The notes: a model not told the origin generated them from the sequence alone. 64,000 nucleotides of DNA from an uncultured Methanocellaceae archaeon (GCA_963780625.1 CAWACH010000006.1:472798-536797), one strand, 5' to 3'; positions 31,167 through 42,314 are shown, numbered from the stretch's first letter. Translations and numbers: made by a program.

Positions 31167-32025
31167 ATGAGGCTTAGTGAAAAACTAGTCGAGATGAGCC
31201 TTTTAGTCTGTGCGCTATCATCTATTTTGATAATGGCTTTAATCCTTATTTTCATTATTAACGAAGGCTTACCGATCATTTCCAACGTCGGCCTCGTCAA
31301 TTTTATTACCGGCACGACATGGAACCCGAGCTATGACATTTATGGCATCATGCCCATGATCCTGGGGACGCTGATCGTTACGGCGCTATCGCTTGTACTC
31401 GGATTACCTCTGGGACTCGGATGTGCGGTTCTTCTTTCGGAGATCGCTCCCATGTGGGTGAGAAATATAATGAAGCCCACAATAGAAACACTGGCAGGTA
31501 TACCATCAGTCGTATACGGGTTTTTCGGGCTGATCATCATAGTGCCTTTCATCGCGAATCACTTCGGCGGGCCCGGCATGAGTGTGCTGGCATGCGGTAT
31601 CGTTCTGGCTATCATGATCCTGCCTACGATCATTAGCATTTCAGAGGACGCCATACGCTCGGTGCCCCGGGAATACCGGGAAGGCTCGCTGGCCATCGGC
31701 GCCACGAAGTGGCAGATGATATACGGCATAGTGGTCCCGGCGGCAAGGTCGGGCATACTGGCAGGCGCTGTACTGGCCATGGGCCGGTCCATCGGAGAGA
31801 CGATGGCGGTCTTAATGGTCGGAGGAGGCGCGGCTCATCATACCGACATCGCTGGTGAGCCCGGTAGGGCCGATGACGGCCACGATCGCCGCGGAGTTCG
31901 GCTATGCGACGGGAGCACACAGGACGGCGCTGTTTGCCATAGGCATTGTGCTACTGTTCATAATAATGATCCTGAACCTGATCGTCTACGTCGCGAATAA
32001 GAAAAAATTATACGAGGGGATCTAG
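31167..32025 (+). CDS. pstC: PstC phosphate ABC permease (one frameshift near 31835)
   Basis: LAGIPSVVYGFFG, GRSIGETMAV; the C-terminus MTATIAAEFGYA...ALFAIGIVLL is in a shifted frame ending TAG at 32025. Confidence 0.9.
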
Positions 32026-32028
32026 GAC

Positions 32029-32940
32029 ATGAACAACACCATAAAGACCGCAAGTGAAAAGGAGAATATCATGCCGCGCATGCCCCCGATACTCAGGCAG
32101 TTAACGCGAAAACAGTTTCGAAATGACGTGTGGATGGGCCTGCTCTGGCTATGCGGGCTGATCACGCTGATCATCCTGGTCATCATCATCGGATACATAC
32201 TGATCAACGGCCTTGGCGTTATCAACTGGAATTTCCTTACCGAGTCTTCGTATCACATGGGACAGTCGGGAGGAATATACCCTATGATCGTCGCAAGCAT
32301 TGCCATCACGGCGATCGCGGTCATTGTCTGCACGCCGTTGAGCGTCGGGGCGGCCATATATCTGTCAGAATATGCCAGGCAGAGCTTGTTAACGACGTTC
32401 ATCAGGTTCGGCGCGGATTGTCTGGCAGGAGTGCCGTCAATCATGTTCGGCATGTTCGGCTACATCTTTTTTGTCTATTATATGCACATGGGCTTTTCCC
32501 TGCTCGCCGGAGGCCTTACGCTGTCGATAATGGCCCTTCCCATTATCATGCGAGTATCGGAGGAAGCGATCAAGGTCGTGCCCCAGCCATACAGGCTGGG
32601 AAGCCTGGCCATCGGCGCTACCAAGTGGCAGACAATACGTAAAGTAGTCCTGCCTACGGCAGTTCCCGGCATAGTTACCGGCATCATCCTTGGAATGGGC
32701 AGGGCAGTCGGCGAGACCGCAGCGGTCATGCTAACGGCCGGCACGGTCGCCATGGTACCATCGTCGCTCTTCTCGCCCATACGGACGATGACGCTACACG
32801 TATATTTACTCGTGACGAACGGCCTGTCTGAGCAGAATGCGTTCGGCACATCTGCTTTGCTGATCATCATGATACTGGCGATAACGATCACGAGTAATAT
32901 CATAACAAGAAGATACATCGCAAAACTAGGGGGTAAGTAA
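32029..32940 (+). CDS. pstA: PstA phosphate ABC permease
   Basis: [32 protein letters not shown]. Confidence 0.95.
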   Translation: MNNTIKTASEKENIMPRMPPILRQLTRKQFRNDVWMGLLWLCGLITLIILVIIIGYILINGLGVINWNFLTESSYHMGQSGGIYPMIVASIAITAIAVIVCTPLSVGAAIYLSEYARQSLLTTFIRFGADCLAGVPSIMFGMFGYIFFVYYMHMGFSLLAGGLTLSIMALPIIMRVSEEAIKVVPQPYRLGSLAIGATKWQTIRKVVLPTAVPGIVTGIILGMGRAVGETAAVMLTAGTVAMVPSSLFSPIRTMTLHVYLLVTNGLSEQNAFGTSALLIIMILAITITSNIITRRYIAKLGGK

Positions 32941-32942
32941 TA

Positions 32943-33707
32943 ATGGCAGACACCTCTACCATATTCAAAGTTGAAAATCTTAATCTGTATTATGGAAAAA
33001 ACCAGGCCTTAAAGAACATCAGCATCGATATCCCGGTGCGAAGTATTACTGCCATCATCGGCCCGTCAGGATGCGGTAAATCGACATTTTTAAAATGTTT
33101 GGACCGGATGAACGACCTGGTTCCCGGCGTTAAGGTCACCGGCACGGTCAATTTTAAAGGTAAAAATATCTACGACAAAGACGTTGACATAGTCGACCTG
33201 CGCAAGGAAGTGGGAATGGTTTTCCAGAAGCCCAACCCGTTCCCGATGTCGATATACGATAATGTCGCGTATGGCCCCAGGATACACGGCGTGAAGGATA
33301 AGGCAAAGCTGAACGAGATCGTGGAAACAAGCCTCAAGCAGTCGGCTTTATGGGATGAGCTGAAAGACCGGCTGCACGACTCAGCCATGAGCCTTTCCGG
33401 AGGCCAGCAGCAGAGATTGTGCATAGCGAGATGCCTTGCGGTAGGACCGGAAGTCATTTTAATGGACGAGCCCTGCTCGGCGCTGGACCCGATAGCGACC
33501 TCTAAGATCGAGGACCTGATGCAGAAGCTCAAGGCGAGATACACGATCATTATCGTTACGCATAATATGCAGCAGGCGGCCAGGGTCTCGGCGAAGACGG
33601 CGTTCTTCCTGATGGGCGAATTAATGGAATATGACGAGACAAAGACGATCTTCGAGACGCCTAAGAACAAGAAGACTGAAGACTATATTACCGGCAGGTT
33701 CGGGTAA
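32943..33707 (+). CDS. pstB: PstB phosphate ABC ATPase
   Basis: [41 protein letters not shown]. Confidence 0.97.
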   Translation: MADTSTIFKVENLNLYYGKNQALKNISIDIPVRSITAIIGPSGCGKSTFLKCLDRMNDLVPGVKVTGTVNFKGKNIYDKDVDIVDLRKEVGMVFQKPNPFPMSIYDNVAYGPRIHGVKDKAKLNEIVETSLKQSALWDELKDRLHDSAMSLSGGQQQRLCIARCLAVGPEVILMDEPCSALDPIATSKIEDLMQKLKARYTIIIVTHNMQQAARVSAKTAFFLMGELMEYDETKTIFETPKNKKTEDYITGRFG

Positions 33708-33718
33708 GGGTAGGGAAT

Positions 33719-34372
33719 ATGACTAGAGAAAATTACGATCAGCAGATGAAAGAGCTCAATGACGGCCTGGTCTGCATGGGCGACGAGTGCATGAAGCTGT
33801 TGTCGCTGTCGCTCAAATCACTCGTTAACAAGGATAAAATACTGGCTAATACGGTAATGGACGGCTGCAAGCAAGTGGACGTCTCGGGGTCGAAGCTTGA
33901 GAATAAATGCATCGAGCTGCTGGCACTACAGCAGCCCATGGCCTCGGACCTGCGGTTCATTATTACGACGCTGCGGATATTGACTGATTTCGAGAGAATA
34001 TCCAGGTACGCGTGGGATATCTGTAAGATCACGTTGCGCATAGAGACCGAGCCCATGTTGCCTCAAATTAATGATATCATGGACATGTATAAGCTGGTCA
34101 ACGGCATGATCAAGGACAGCCTGAAGTCATTCGTCACCGGCGATGTGGAGCTGACCAGGGACATGGGCACCAGAGACGACGCTGTAGACGCGAAGTATGA
34201 CCAGATCAGACGCGCTTTGATCGATGAGATGGTGCGCCACCCGTCCTCGATCGACATGGCATCCCACCTGTCGTTCGTTGCCATGTATCTGGAGCGTACC
34301 GCCGACCATGCGTGTGTCATTGCCTCCTGGACGGTATATCGTGTTACCGGCGAGAGAGTACGTATAAAGTAG
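33719..34372 (+). CDS. phoU: PhoU phosphate signalling protein
   Basis: LALQQPMASDLR, DFERI, DDAVD, LERTADHA. Confidence 0.95.
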   Translation: MTRENYDQQMKELNDGLVCMGDECMKLLSLSLKSLVNKDKILANTVMDGCKQVDVSGSKLENKCIELLALQQPMASDLRFIITTLRILTDFERISRYAWDICKITLRIETEPMLPQINDIMDMYKLVNGMIKDSLKSFVTGDVELTRDMGTRDDAVDAKYDQIRRALIDEMVRHPSSIDMASHLSFVAMYLERTADHACVIASWTVYRVTGERVRIK

Positions 34373-34486
34373 CGTAACGGCTCTCTATTACTATTTTATT
34401 GCTTTTTTATTTGCCGTTTTGCGCCTTTAAAATCCATATATATAAAGTATATAATCGAACAACACTCTGTTAAAGTTTGACTTGAC

Positions 34487-35170
34487 ATGGAGAAGAATAT
34501 AATGAAGATAGGGCTTATTGCCGACATTCATTCTAATGCGATAGCTCTCGAGGCTGTTCTTAAAAATATGGGCGACGTTGACGCAATAGTGTGCGCCGGC
34601 GATATCGTAGGATATAACCCGTACCCGAACGAGACGGTCGATCTGTTAAAAAAATATAACGTTAAATGCGTCATGGGCGATCTCGACAAAGCGGTCATCA
34701 CAGGCGATACCGAATGGTTCAACGGCGTGACCGCGGCCACTATCAAGTGGACGGAAGAGCACCTGACCAGGGAGAATATGGAATACCTGAAGCATTTGCC
34801 GGACCATATCGAGCTTGACGGCATGACCATCCATCACGGCCATCCGGACAGCATCAAGGATTTCGTTTTCGAATATGAGCCTGAAAAGTTATGCGGCATC
34901 TTCGATGCCGTCGACCCTCACGTAGTATTCACCTTCGGTCACACCCATATCCCTATTATAAAAGAATGTGGGGGTAAAACTGTGGTGAACCCCGGAAGCG
35001 TTGGCCAGCCCCGTGACGGCAATAGTCAGGCGAGTTACGTTATCTGGGATACGGATAAGCATACTTTTGATATAAAGCGCATCGATTACGATATCAAGAA
35101 AGTGCAGGATAAGATCATTGCTGAAGGGCTGCCCGAGCTTATGGCGGAAAGGCTCAGCTACGGGAAATAG
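34487..35170 (+). CDS. Metallophosphoesterase (calcineurin-like)
   Basis: DIHSN, GDIVGY, HG, GHTH, NPGSVGQPRDG. Confidence 0.9.
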   Translation: MEKNIMKIGLIADIHSNAIALEAVLKNMGDVDAIVCAGDIVGYNPYPNETVDLLKKYNVKCVMGDLDKAVITGDTEWFNGVTAATIKWTEEHLTRENMEYLKHLPDHIELDGMTIHHGHPDSIKDFVFEYEPEKLCGIFDAVDPHVVFTFGHTHIPIIKECGGKTVVNPGSVGQPRDGNSQASYVIWDTDKHTFDIKRIDYDIKKVQDKIIAEGLPELMAERLSYGK

Positions 35171-35788
35171 CGCTCGATTGTGCCGTGTTTGGGTTTCTTT
35201 TCCTGTTATACTGCCTTTGCGACTCACGTACACTCCTCGGTTTCAGCTACCCGAAGTTCCCCTAAAACTCACAAAGACACTATTCTTTTTTAGAGACGGT
35301 CCACAAAAAATCTAAAACACCCCTGTTCCACGGCTAATAGAAATAAACCACAAAGACACGGGTAAAATTAGAAGACACCAATGCACGGATTAAAACAATT
35401 AAAGAGTGCCCCCAAAACGCTAAGTACCACCAAACTAAAACAATTAAAAGGACTATAGCGCCAACCGGCAAGCTATCTGATTAGAAAGAGACGGTCTACG
35501 CTCGACTAATCAATAGTTATTTTTCTGTTTCGTTTTTGTGGTACTTCTTGTTTTAGGGACACTTTTTCCTGTCTTAGTCCGCGCATTGGTGTATTCACTT
35601 CTTACCAGTGTTTTAGTGGTTTAATTCTATTGGCCGTGGAGCAGGGTGTTTTAGTTATTTAGTGGACCGTCTCTAAAAAAAGTAGTGTTCTAGTGACCTT
35701 TGGGACACTTAGTGTTAGCTGAAACCGAGGAGTGTACGTAAGTCACAAACCAGGGGTAAACGGTAAATAAGCAAGAAATAATTGAGCG
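35171..35788. repeat. Element D: long inverted repeat (core arms about 35216-35442 and 35526-35749), no ORF
   Basis: TTTGCGACTCACGTACACTCCTCGGTTTCAGCTA mirrored by TAGCTGAAACCGAGGAGTGTACGTAAGTCACAAA; TTTTTTAGAGACGGTCCAC mirrored by GTGGACCGTCTCTAAAAAA. Confidence 0.9.
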
Positions 35789-35955
35789 TATACAACTTAA
35801 TTTTATTATAAGACAACGGTAGTTTAATACTACCGGTTTATTCCTATTTGTATTTTGCAAGGCCCATATTCATTGTCGAAAAGCTTATGTCGGTCAAGAT
35901 ATAACTTTAGAGAGTTACTTTCGATACTTCATTTTGAAAAAAAGTAGGTCATTTT

Positions 35956-37446
35956 ATGAGGGACATAGAGCCAATCAGGGCTGAACTGGAAAAGTTCACG
36001 CAAGAAATTGAAAAAGAGCATTACGATAATTCTTCGGGGCAGAAAGAAGACCTGAACACGTCTGCGATCTATAGTAAGTATAACGGTATCTTCACCGATG
36101 AGACGCTGGTGGAGGAAGTAAAAAACCGCAGGGTATACCAGCGCGGCCCGGAAAAGATGCGGATGAGCTATCTATTTTCAATGCTGGCATCCAGCTATAT
36201 CGGCAGAAAGCTCACCGAGACGACTGATAAGATCAGCACCATGGAGACGAAGGCCGAGGTAGAGATCGACGGTAAAAAAGTGCCGTTCAGGTACTCTGCA
36301 GTCTCATTAGCCAATGAGCCGGACCATGCCAAACGTGAGATCATCGATAAAGCACGTGAGCCGGTCTTTAATGAAATTAACCCAATGAGGCTTGAAGTGC
36401 TGAACAAGTCCCATGAGCTGGCCCAATCGTTAGGCTATGATCATTATGTGGAGATGTGCCAGGATGCGAGCGGGATCGACCTGTACGGGCTGCGGAAGCA
36501 GATGCAGAACGTGCTGAACCGCACCGACAGGCTCTATACCCGTTACTTTAAGCTCGCCTGTAATAATTTATTAAAATTAAATCAGTCCGACGTGCGTAAG
36601 CACGACATTGGATTTTTATTCAGGGCGAAGGAGTTCGACCGGCTATTCCCGCAGGAGAACATGATGAAAGCCCTGAACGCTACGCTGGACGGCATGGGCC
36701 TTCCGCTGGACGCTAACAAAAATATCAACCTGGACGTCGAAGTCAGGGAAAAGAAGAGCCCCCGGGCGTTCTGCAGCACCATCAGGGTGCCGGAACAGAT
36801 CATGCTGTGCATCATGCCCAAGGGCGGCCTGGACGATTACCGGTCGCTATTCCATGAGATGGGACACTCCCAGCATTTCAGCAACGTAGACCCCCGGATG
36901 CCCTTCGAGTTCAAGTACCTGGGCGATAACTCGGTCACAGAGTCCAACGTGTTCTTATTCGAGAACCTGTTAGCCGATAAGAGCTGGCTGTTGCATACCA
37001 TGGCAATGAGCGACGAAGACGCGACTAACGTTGCGCAGTTCATCTCTTTTGAGACCTTGTACATGATCAGAAGGTATGCGGCGAAGCTGATCTACGAGCT
37101 TGAGCTGCACACGGGCGCAAAGAACCCGGAAAAGCTGTACTCCAGCATACTGGAGGGCGCGCTAAAGTTCAAGCACCCTGAAATTCACTATCTATACGAC
37201 ATGGACCCCGGATTTTATGCTGCAAACTACATCAGGGCATGGATGTTCGAGGTGCAGCTACGGACTGTGCTGGACAGTAAGTTCGGTGAAATGTGGTGGA
37301 AAGAAAAGGAATGCGGTAATTTCCTGAAAGAGATGTGGAGCTCCGGCCAGAAGTACATGGCGGACCAGCAGGCCAAAGGCCTGGGCTACTATGGCATCGA
37401 CGAGTACCCGATGGTAAAAGAGCTCGAGAGAAAGCTGAGGTATTAA
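35956..37446 (+). CDS. M3-like zinc metallopeptidase (gluzincin)
   Basis: KSPRAFC, LFHEMGH, downstream VTES. Confidence 0.8.
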   Translation: MRDIEPIRAELEKFTQEIEKEHYDNSSGQKEDLNTSAIYSKYNGIFTDETLVEEVKNRRVYQRGPEKMRMSYLFSMLASSYIGRKLTETTDKISTMETKAEVEIDGKKVPFRYSAVSLANEPDHAKREIIDKAREPVFNEINPMRLEVLNKSHELAQSLGYDHYVEMCQDASGIDLYGLRKQMQNVLNRTDRLYTRYFKLACNNLLKLNQSDVRKHDIGFLFRAKEFDRLFPQENMMKALNATLDGMGLPLDANKNINLDVEVREKKSPRAFCSTIRVPEQIMLCIMPKGGLDDYRSLFHEMGHSQHFSNVDPRMPFEFKYLGDNSVTESNVFLFENLLADKSWLLHTMAMSDEDATNVAQFISFETLYMIRRYAAKLIYELELHTGAKNPEKLYSSILEGALKFKHPEIHYLYDMDPGFYAANYIRAWMFEVQLRTVLDSKFGEMWWKEKECGNFLKEMWSSGQKYMADQQAKGLGYYGIDEYPMVKELERKLRY

Positions 37447-37447
37447 C

Positions 37448-38425
37448 ATGGAAGACATTGCAAGCAAGTTCCACGACGCGTTAAAAGAGATCATGGACAT
37501 TCATGCGGGCCAAAAAGCCCTCATCATTCACGATGAGCACGCGAAAGACGTGAGCCTTACGACTAAAAAAGCGCTTGAAATGGAAGGGGTAAAGGTCTTT
37601 ACCTATAAGCTTCCCGAGGATAAGCGTCCGTTAAGAGATACCCCGGAGGACTTGAGCGCGCTGATCGATAAGATCAAGCCGGACTTGTTCTTTAATCAGC
37701 TTAAGGGCTGGGCAGAAGAGACTCCGTTCCGCATTGCGCTACATCATGAGGAATCCCAGTTCGGCGCAAAAGTAGGGCACTCCCCGGGCGTTGAGATGGG
37801 CATGATCGAGTTCCCCATGACGGCGGACTTTAAGGAAATGAAGAAGAAGGCTGCGGCGCTGAAGCAGAAATTTAACGGTGTGAAGGCCGTACGCCTGACG
37901 ACGAAAGCCGGGACTGACCTTACGTTCAGCATCCAGGGCAGGGACTTTAACGACGATATCACCATACAGCCGGGACACATGGGTAACCTTCCGGCCGGCG
38001 AAATGTGGTGCGCCCCCGTAGAGCGTAGCATGAACGGCGTGATCGTTTGCGACGGCAGCATCGGCGACCTGGGACAGGTAAAAGAGCCGCTGACTATGAG
38101 AGTCAAGGACGGCGTTGTCGTAGATCTGGAATCTAAAGATAAGACGCTGGTAAAGCGCGTTGACGAGCTTATTCATGTAGATAAGGAAGCCAGTCTCGCG
38201 GGCGAGTTCGGCATCGGGCTGAACACCAAAGCCAGGCTGACGGGTAACTTGCTCGAAGATGAAAAAGCCGCTTTGACGTTGCACATCGCCTTTGGCAATA
38301 ATACCGACATGCCGGGGGGGCAGAATAACAGTAAGACGCATCGCGACTTCTTGTTCAAGCTGCCTAGCATCATTACCGATACCGGCGTGGTATTAATGAA
38401 AGACGGCGAGTTCCAGGGCTTATAG
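37448..38425 (+). CDS. Aminopeptidase, M29 (thermophilic metalloprotease) family
   Basis: NLPAGE, GEFGIGLN, EDEK, HIAFG, HRD. Confidence 0.85.
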   Translation: MEDIASKFHDALKEIMDIHAGQKALIIHDEHAKDVSLTTKKALEMEGVKVFTYKLPEDKRPLRDTPEDLSALIDKIKPDLFFNQLKGWAEETPFRIALHHEESQFGAKVGHSPGVEMGMIEFPMTADFKEMKKKAAALKQKFNGVKAVRLTTKAGTDLTFSIQGRDFNDDITIQPGHMGNLPAGEMWCAPVERSMNGVIVCDGSIGDLGQVKEPLTMRVKDGVVVDLESKDKTLVKRVDELIHVDKEASLAGEFGIGLNTKARLTGNLLEDEKAALTLHIAFGNNTDMPGGQNNSKTHRDFLFKLPSIITDTGVVLMKDGEFQGL

Positions 38426-38474
38426 AGCCCTTTTTCTTTTTATTAAAATAAACAAACGACTACTGAGATATGGT

Positions 38475-38684
38475 TTATTTTTGAGCCTCAAATTGTAAGT
38501 TGATAGTAATTTTACTGTATTGTATTTCAAAATAGCATTCGATTACATCCTTGATGTTATCCCAGAGCGTGTCAAGGCTATTCCCAAAAGTATAGACTCG
38601 ATCGTCGATGCTTGAAGCACATAACATTCCATCTTCATCTTTAATTATTCTAAAAGTGATCTCTTCAGGGATGAGGGTAACCAT
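38475..38684 (-). CDS. HicB-like antitoxin (no HicA adjacent)
   Basis: KDEDGMLCAS...YTFGNSLDTLWDNIKDVIECYF matches the HicB RNase H-like domain pattern. Confidence 0.6.
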   Translation of the reverse strand: MVTLIPEEITFRIIKDEDGMLCASSIDDRVYTFGNSLDTLWDNIKDVIECYFEIQYSKITINLQFEAQK

Positions 38685-38814
38685 ATTTATAAAATTATAG
38701 GTTTCAAGTAAATAAATAGTATTGGTTTAACCATAACTGATAATAAAGGGGAAGGCAATATGTGTTTATACGGATTACAAAATAAGTATTATACATTCTA
38801 TTGGAGATAGTAGA

Positions 38815-38976
38815 ATGACTAAGAAGCCGACCAGTTTATGCTTAGAGCTTAAAGGCGAAGATGCCATCCAATTTCAAAGGTATTTAGCAGACCCGGAAGA
38901 TGATACTTCCGAAGGTAAGCAATTAATGAGAAATGCGGCTGAATTAGCAAAGCTAAAGCGATTGGAAGACCTTTAA
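38815..38976 (+). CDS. 53 aa putative antitoxin, paralog of 39540-39695
   Basis: Manual translation MTKKPTSLCLELKGEDAIQFQRYLADPEDDTSEGKQLMRNAAELAKLKRLEDL; GGAGA ribosome-binding site. Confidence 0.65.
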   Translation: MTKKPTSLCLELKGEDAIQFQRYLADPEDDTSEGKQLMRNAAELAKLKRLEDL

Positions 38977-38982
38977 ACACTG

Positions 38983-39501
38983 TTACTCTTCTAATGATAG
39001 TTTATGGAAGTCCAAGTAGAGAGGGATAGTATCCCCTGTTATTTTTGCATTAGCCAGTTTGAACCCATATTTTTTATAGAAAATTAATGATCCCATTTTT
39101 GCATCTACCGTAAGGATACGGCAGCCAACATACTCGGATATGTTCAAAGCAATAATTATTATTTCAAGGAGCATTGCTGAGCCGATGCCTCGACGCTCAT
39201 AGCAATTATGAGTTGCTAAACGGGCGATTTTTAATGCCGGGTAAGAGGGGTAGGGGTATCCTTCTTCACCATCTAAGGTATCTATCCATTTCTTTTGGAT
39301 ACAATCGTTAATAAGTGTGAAATAACCGACAATGTTCCCGTGCCAATACACAAGCCTTGTTACGGATAACCTGGACTTCTGATTATCCAAAGCATCTTCT
39401 GTTAAGTATTCATTCAGATCGATATCGTTACATTGAAAAGATGCGATATCTGCCGATCCTGTAAGGTATGTGAAGGATAATTCAGAATGAGGGATTTTCA
39501 T
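38983..39501 (-). CDS. GNAT acetyltransferase, AtaT/TacT toxin-like
   Basis: FQCNDIDLNEYL, VGYFTL, PALKIARLA, RRGIGS, LTVDAK, FYKKYGF. Confidence 0.85.
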   Translation of the reverse strand: MKIPHSELSFTYLTGSADIASFQCNDIDLNEYLTEDALDNQKSRLSVTRLVYWHGNIVGYFTLINDCIQKKWIDTLDGEEGYPYPSYPALKIARLATHNCYERRGIGSAMLLEIIIIALNISEYVGCRILTVDAKMGSLIFYKKYGFKLANAKITGDTIPLYLDFHKLSLEE

Positions 39502-39539
39502 ATTGGCTCCGCCGATCGGGATAGTTAAAATAGAGAAAA

Positions 39540-39695
39540 TTATTCAGGCATACGCCTTTTCTTCGCTAGCCTGGATGCCTCTTTTAATAGCTTTTTTCCT
39601 TCCGGAGTAATGTCATCAGGGTCTGATAAGTATTTTTCGAACCTGACTGCATCTTCGCCTTCAAGTATCAGACCAAGTTTTATCGGCTTTGCCAT
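39540..39695 (-). CDS. 51 aa putative cognate antitoxin upstream of the GNAT toxin
   Basis: Manual translation MAKPIKLGLILEGEDAVRFEKYLSDPDDITPEGKKLLKEASRLAKKRRMPE; co-oriented and directly upstream of the GNAT gene. Confidence 0.65.
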   Translation of the reverse strand: MAKPIKLGLILEGEDAVRFEKYLSDPDDITPEGKKLLKEASRLAKKRRMPE

Positions 39696-39914
39696 GTTCT
39701 TTATCTCCTACCTTTAGGGCAGAGTACATGTATAATATTTCTATGTTCGGTATAAATACGTGTTGCCTCCCATAAATCAAGAATTTTTTATATGTTATTC
39801 TGCTTGTCAACGGATTCGTTGATGAAAACTTATTTGCAATATATCGCAAAATAGTACAAATAATTATCGCTCGATTGCTTATGTTAAACCCTTTTTATGC
39901 TCGTTGTGCAATGT

Positions 39915-41183
39915 TTACTTGCTTTTTTTAACTTTGTGTTGTTTTAGAGCTGCCTTTGGCGGTAACCCAAGGGCGTTGATCAGCTCGATAAGTTCTGTGA
40001 ATGCGCCCATCTCGAAGTCTATGATCTCGTTCTTTGTCATGCTGATGGTCATTTCGCCGTCTGCCGTGAGCCTGTCGGGCCCTCTGCGGACGAACCTATC
40101 GACGCCGTCTTTTGACAGTACTTCCTCGATCTCTTTGTCATGTACCAGCGCCCTGCCCGGTATGATGACGGTATCTTTTACTTCTTTTAGGTCAATGTCG
40201 ATGATGTCGCTGATGGTGATCAGACATGCAATGTCTTTTTTAGCCGGTATAACGTTCACGCTGCTGCCGAGCTTCGTGAATATTTCCTGTATTAAGGGCG
40301 CCGCCACGGAGCCGGAGATGAGCGTTGCATCCATCTTGACCTTTGGTAACTTTAATAGCTTCTTTGGCTCGTTGCGTATGGCGAATGGCGAGCCCAGCTT
40401 TGGATCTCCGAGAGGCGTGCCCGTGACCCTGAATGAATATCGTGAGGCGATCTCTTTTACGATATTCTCGAATTCCTTGACGGTATGAGCCGTTACGCCC
40501 TTGATCAGCGGAGCATTATTCAGTATCAAGCCTTGTTCTTCGGTGTTGGCGAAGCGCATCAGGATAACGCCCTTTGCGCCCCATTTTTCCAGCAGGTCGC
40601 AGGTCTTGATGAGGTCTTCTCCGTCGTTGACGCCCGGTATTAAGACAGACGCAGCATAGACGTCGCAGGATTTACAGAACCTCTTCAGGGCTTCCAGCGA
40701 TTCTTCCGGATGCTTGTCGTTCATGTATTCCTTGCGCAGCTTCGGGTTTGCGGAGAAAACTGTAAAAGTAACTTCCTTGACGCCGTTCTCGATGTAAAAG
40801 TCCGCATCGTCGGCGCTGTCAAAGCCCTTGCCGCTGGTATACCCGAGATGAATGGGAAGGCCATACTGGCTGAGGAATGCGACGAGCTCTTTCAATTCAG
40901 GATAACAGCTTACGTCGCCGCCGCCGCTGATGGTGATCTTCTCGGCGTTCCTATTAAACATCATGGCGCTCATCACGTCTGAGGTGACCATCATGAGAGG
41001 CTTGAAGCCGGGATACTGCTCCCTGATGCCGCGGGTGCAATAGTCACAGCCTTTCTGGAACGGCATGCAGTGCTTACAGCCAAAGGCCGGGACTACTTTT
41101 ACCAGCTTGAAATAACAGTACTTGCAAAAGCCCCTGCAGTCTTTACCGGGGCTGCCGCCCACGTCAGCGAGAATCTCGGCCAT
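39915..41183 (-). CDS. mmp10: Mmp10 radical SAM methyl-coenzyme M reductase arginine methyltransferase
   Basis: [23 protein letters not shown]...[35 protein letters not shown]. Confidence 0.93.
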   Translation of the reverse strand: MAEILADVGGSPGKDCRGFCKYCYFKLVKVVPAFGCKHCMPFQKGCDYCTRGIREQYPGFKPLMMVTSDVMSAMMFNRNAEKITISGGGDVSCYPELKELVAFLSQYGLPIHLGYTSGKGFDSADDADFYIENGVKEVTFTVFSANPKLRKEYMNDKHPEESLEALKRFCKSCDVYAASVLIPGVNDGEDLIKTCDLLEKWGAKGVILMRFANTEEQGLILNNAPLIKGVTAHTVKEFENIVKEIASRYSFRVTGTPLGDPKLGSPFAIRNEPKKLLKLPKVKMDATLISGSVAAPLIQEIFTKLGSSVNVIPAKKDIACLITISDIIDIDLKEVKDTVIIPGRALVHDKEIEEVLSKDGVDRFVRRGPDRLTADGEMTISMTKNEIIDFEMGAFTELIELINALGLPPKAALKQHKVKKSK

Positions 41184-41334
41184 AGTGATATCAACCTAAG
41201 GAGTTACGCGCTTAAGAAATAAAGCTTTTCAGATGATACTCATAACAAATCTAAATATTGGATCACAAAAAAAATTTATGGTAAAAGTAAGTGATATTGT
41301 TTTATATAATACGTTATAATATATAATTGATAAC

Positions 41335-41550
41335 ATGCCTATCGTTTCCAGCAAATATCAGATAAAGCTACCCGATGAATTGCTGGGTAAGCTCCATATA
41401 AAAGTAGGAGATGAAGTCGTATTTGTAGAAGAAGACGGTAAGTATTTTATAATAAAGATGGAAGAGTTAAGAAATGAGGTACTAAATAGCTTTGAAGACC
41501 TGGAGGAAACTGAACGAGATTTTCGTAAAGGCTTCATGCTCAGGCATTAG
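41335..41550 (+). CDS. AbrB/MazE/SpoVT-family antitoxin
   Basis: VSSKYQIKLP...IKVGDEVVF. Confidence 0.8.
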   Translation: MPIVSSKYQIKLPDELLGKLHIKVGDEVVFVEEDGKYFIIKMEELRNEVLNSFEDLEETERDFRKGFMLRH

Positions 41551-41636
41551 CATATAATAGCTTGGTTTATGAATGGTTAGTAGGTAAGCATTTATACTTT
41601 CTTGTTTTAATTATCCTTTACAAGTTGAGTATTACC

Positions 41637-41876
41637 ATGGAATCATTATCGAGTAAAGTATCCATGAAGTATCAGATAACGCTGCCAAGGCAGGTAAGGG
41701 ATACTATAAACATAAAGGCCGGGGATCGTGTCGTGTTCGTTAAGGATGGCTCGAATATATCGTTAGTAAGGCTGGACGATCTGATGGACGAAGTATTAGA
41801 TAGCTTCAGCGATCTTGAAGAGACGGAAAAGAAATTTAGAAATGGCTTTAAAATGCTAGGGCCCGATCACAATTAA
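41637..41876 (+). CDS. AbrB/MazE/SpoVT-family antitoxin (VapB-like)
   Basis: SKVSMKYQITLPRQVR...IKAGDRVVF; likely start is ATG 41637. Confidence 0.85.
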   Translation: MESLSSKVSMKYQITLPRQVRDTINIKAGDRVVFVKDGSNISLVRLDDLMDEVLDSFSDLEETEKKFRNGFKMLGPDHN

Positions 41877-41891
41877 AAATAGCTGATCAAT

Positions 41892-42284
41892 ATGGAAATT
41901 TGTCTTGACACTAACGTCTTTCGTGACCACGACAAAAAATTGTTTTTTCAATGGATACGAGATAATGGAATAAAAGCATATATTCCCGCAGTATCGTATC
42001 TTGAGCTATCTTATCATGAGGTCGTAAAGTTTGGCTCTACGTCAAAGTTCGATGCATGGCTAAATGCCGAGGGGATCGCTGTGATACCTTTTACTCAGGA
42101 TCAGGCGCGAATCGCATCGATAGGGGCAAAATTAAAAGGTGATTTTAAAGTTAATGCCAGAGATTATGCCATAGGCGCTTTAGCAGTTGAAAATCAATTT
42201 ATTATGGTTACAAATAATAAGAAGCATTTTGATTGGATTAAAGAAGTTTTTACTCCTGCAGAGATAATGAAAAAATATCCCTGA
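41892..42284 (+). CDS. VapC-like PIN-domain toxin
   Basis: LDTNV, E, RDYAIGALA, VTNNKKHF. Confidence 0.88.
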   Translation: MEICLDTNVFRDHDKKLFFQWIRDNGIKAYIPAVSYLELSYHEVVKFGSTSKFDAWLNAEGIAVIPFTQDQARIASIGAKLKGDFKVNARDYAIGALAVENQFIMVTNNKKHFDWIKEVFTPAEIMKKYP

Positions 42285-42314
42285 CAGTTTTAATTAACAG
42301 CTATTCAGATTATT

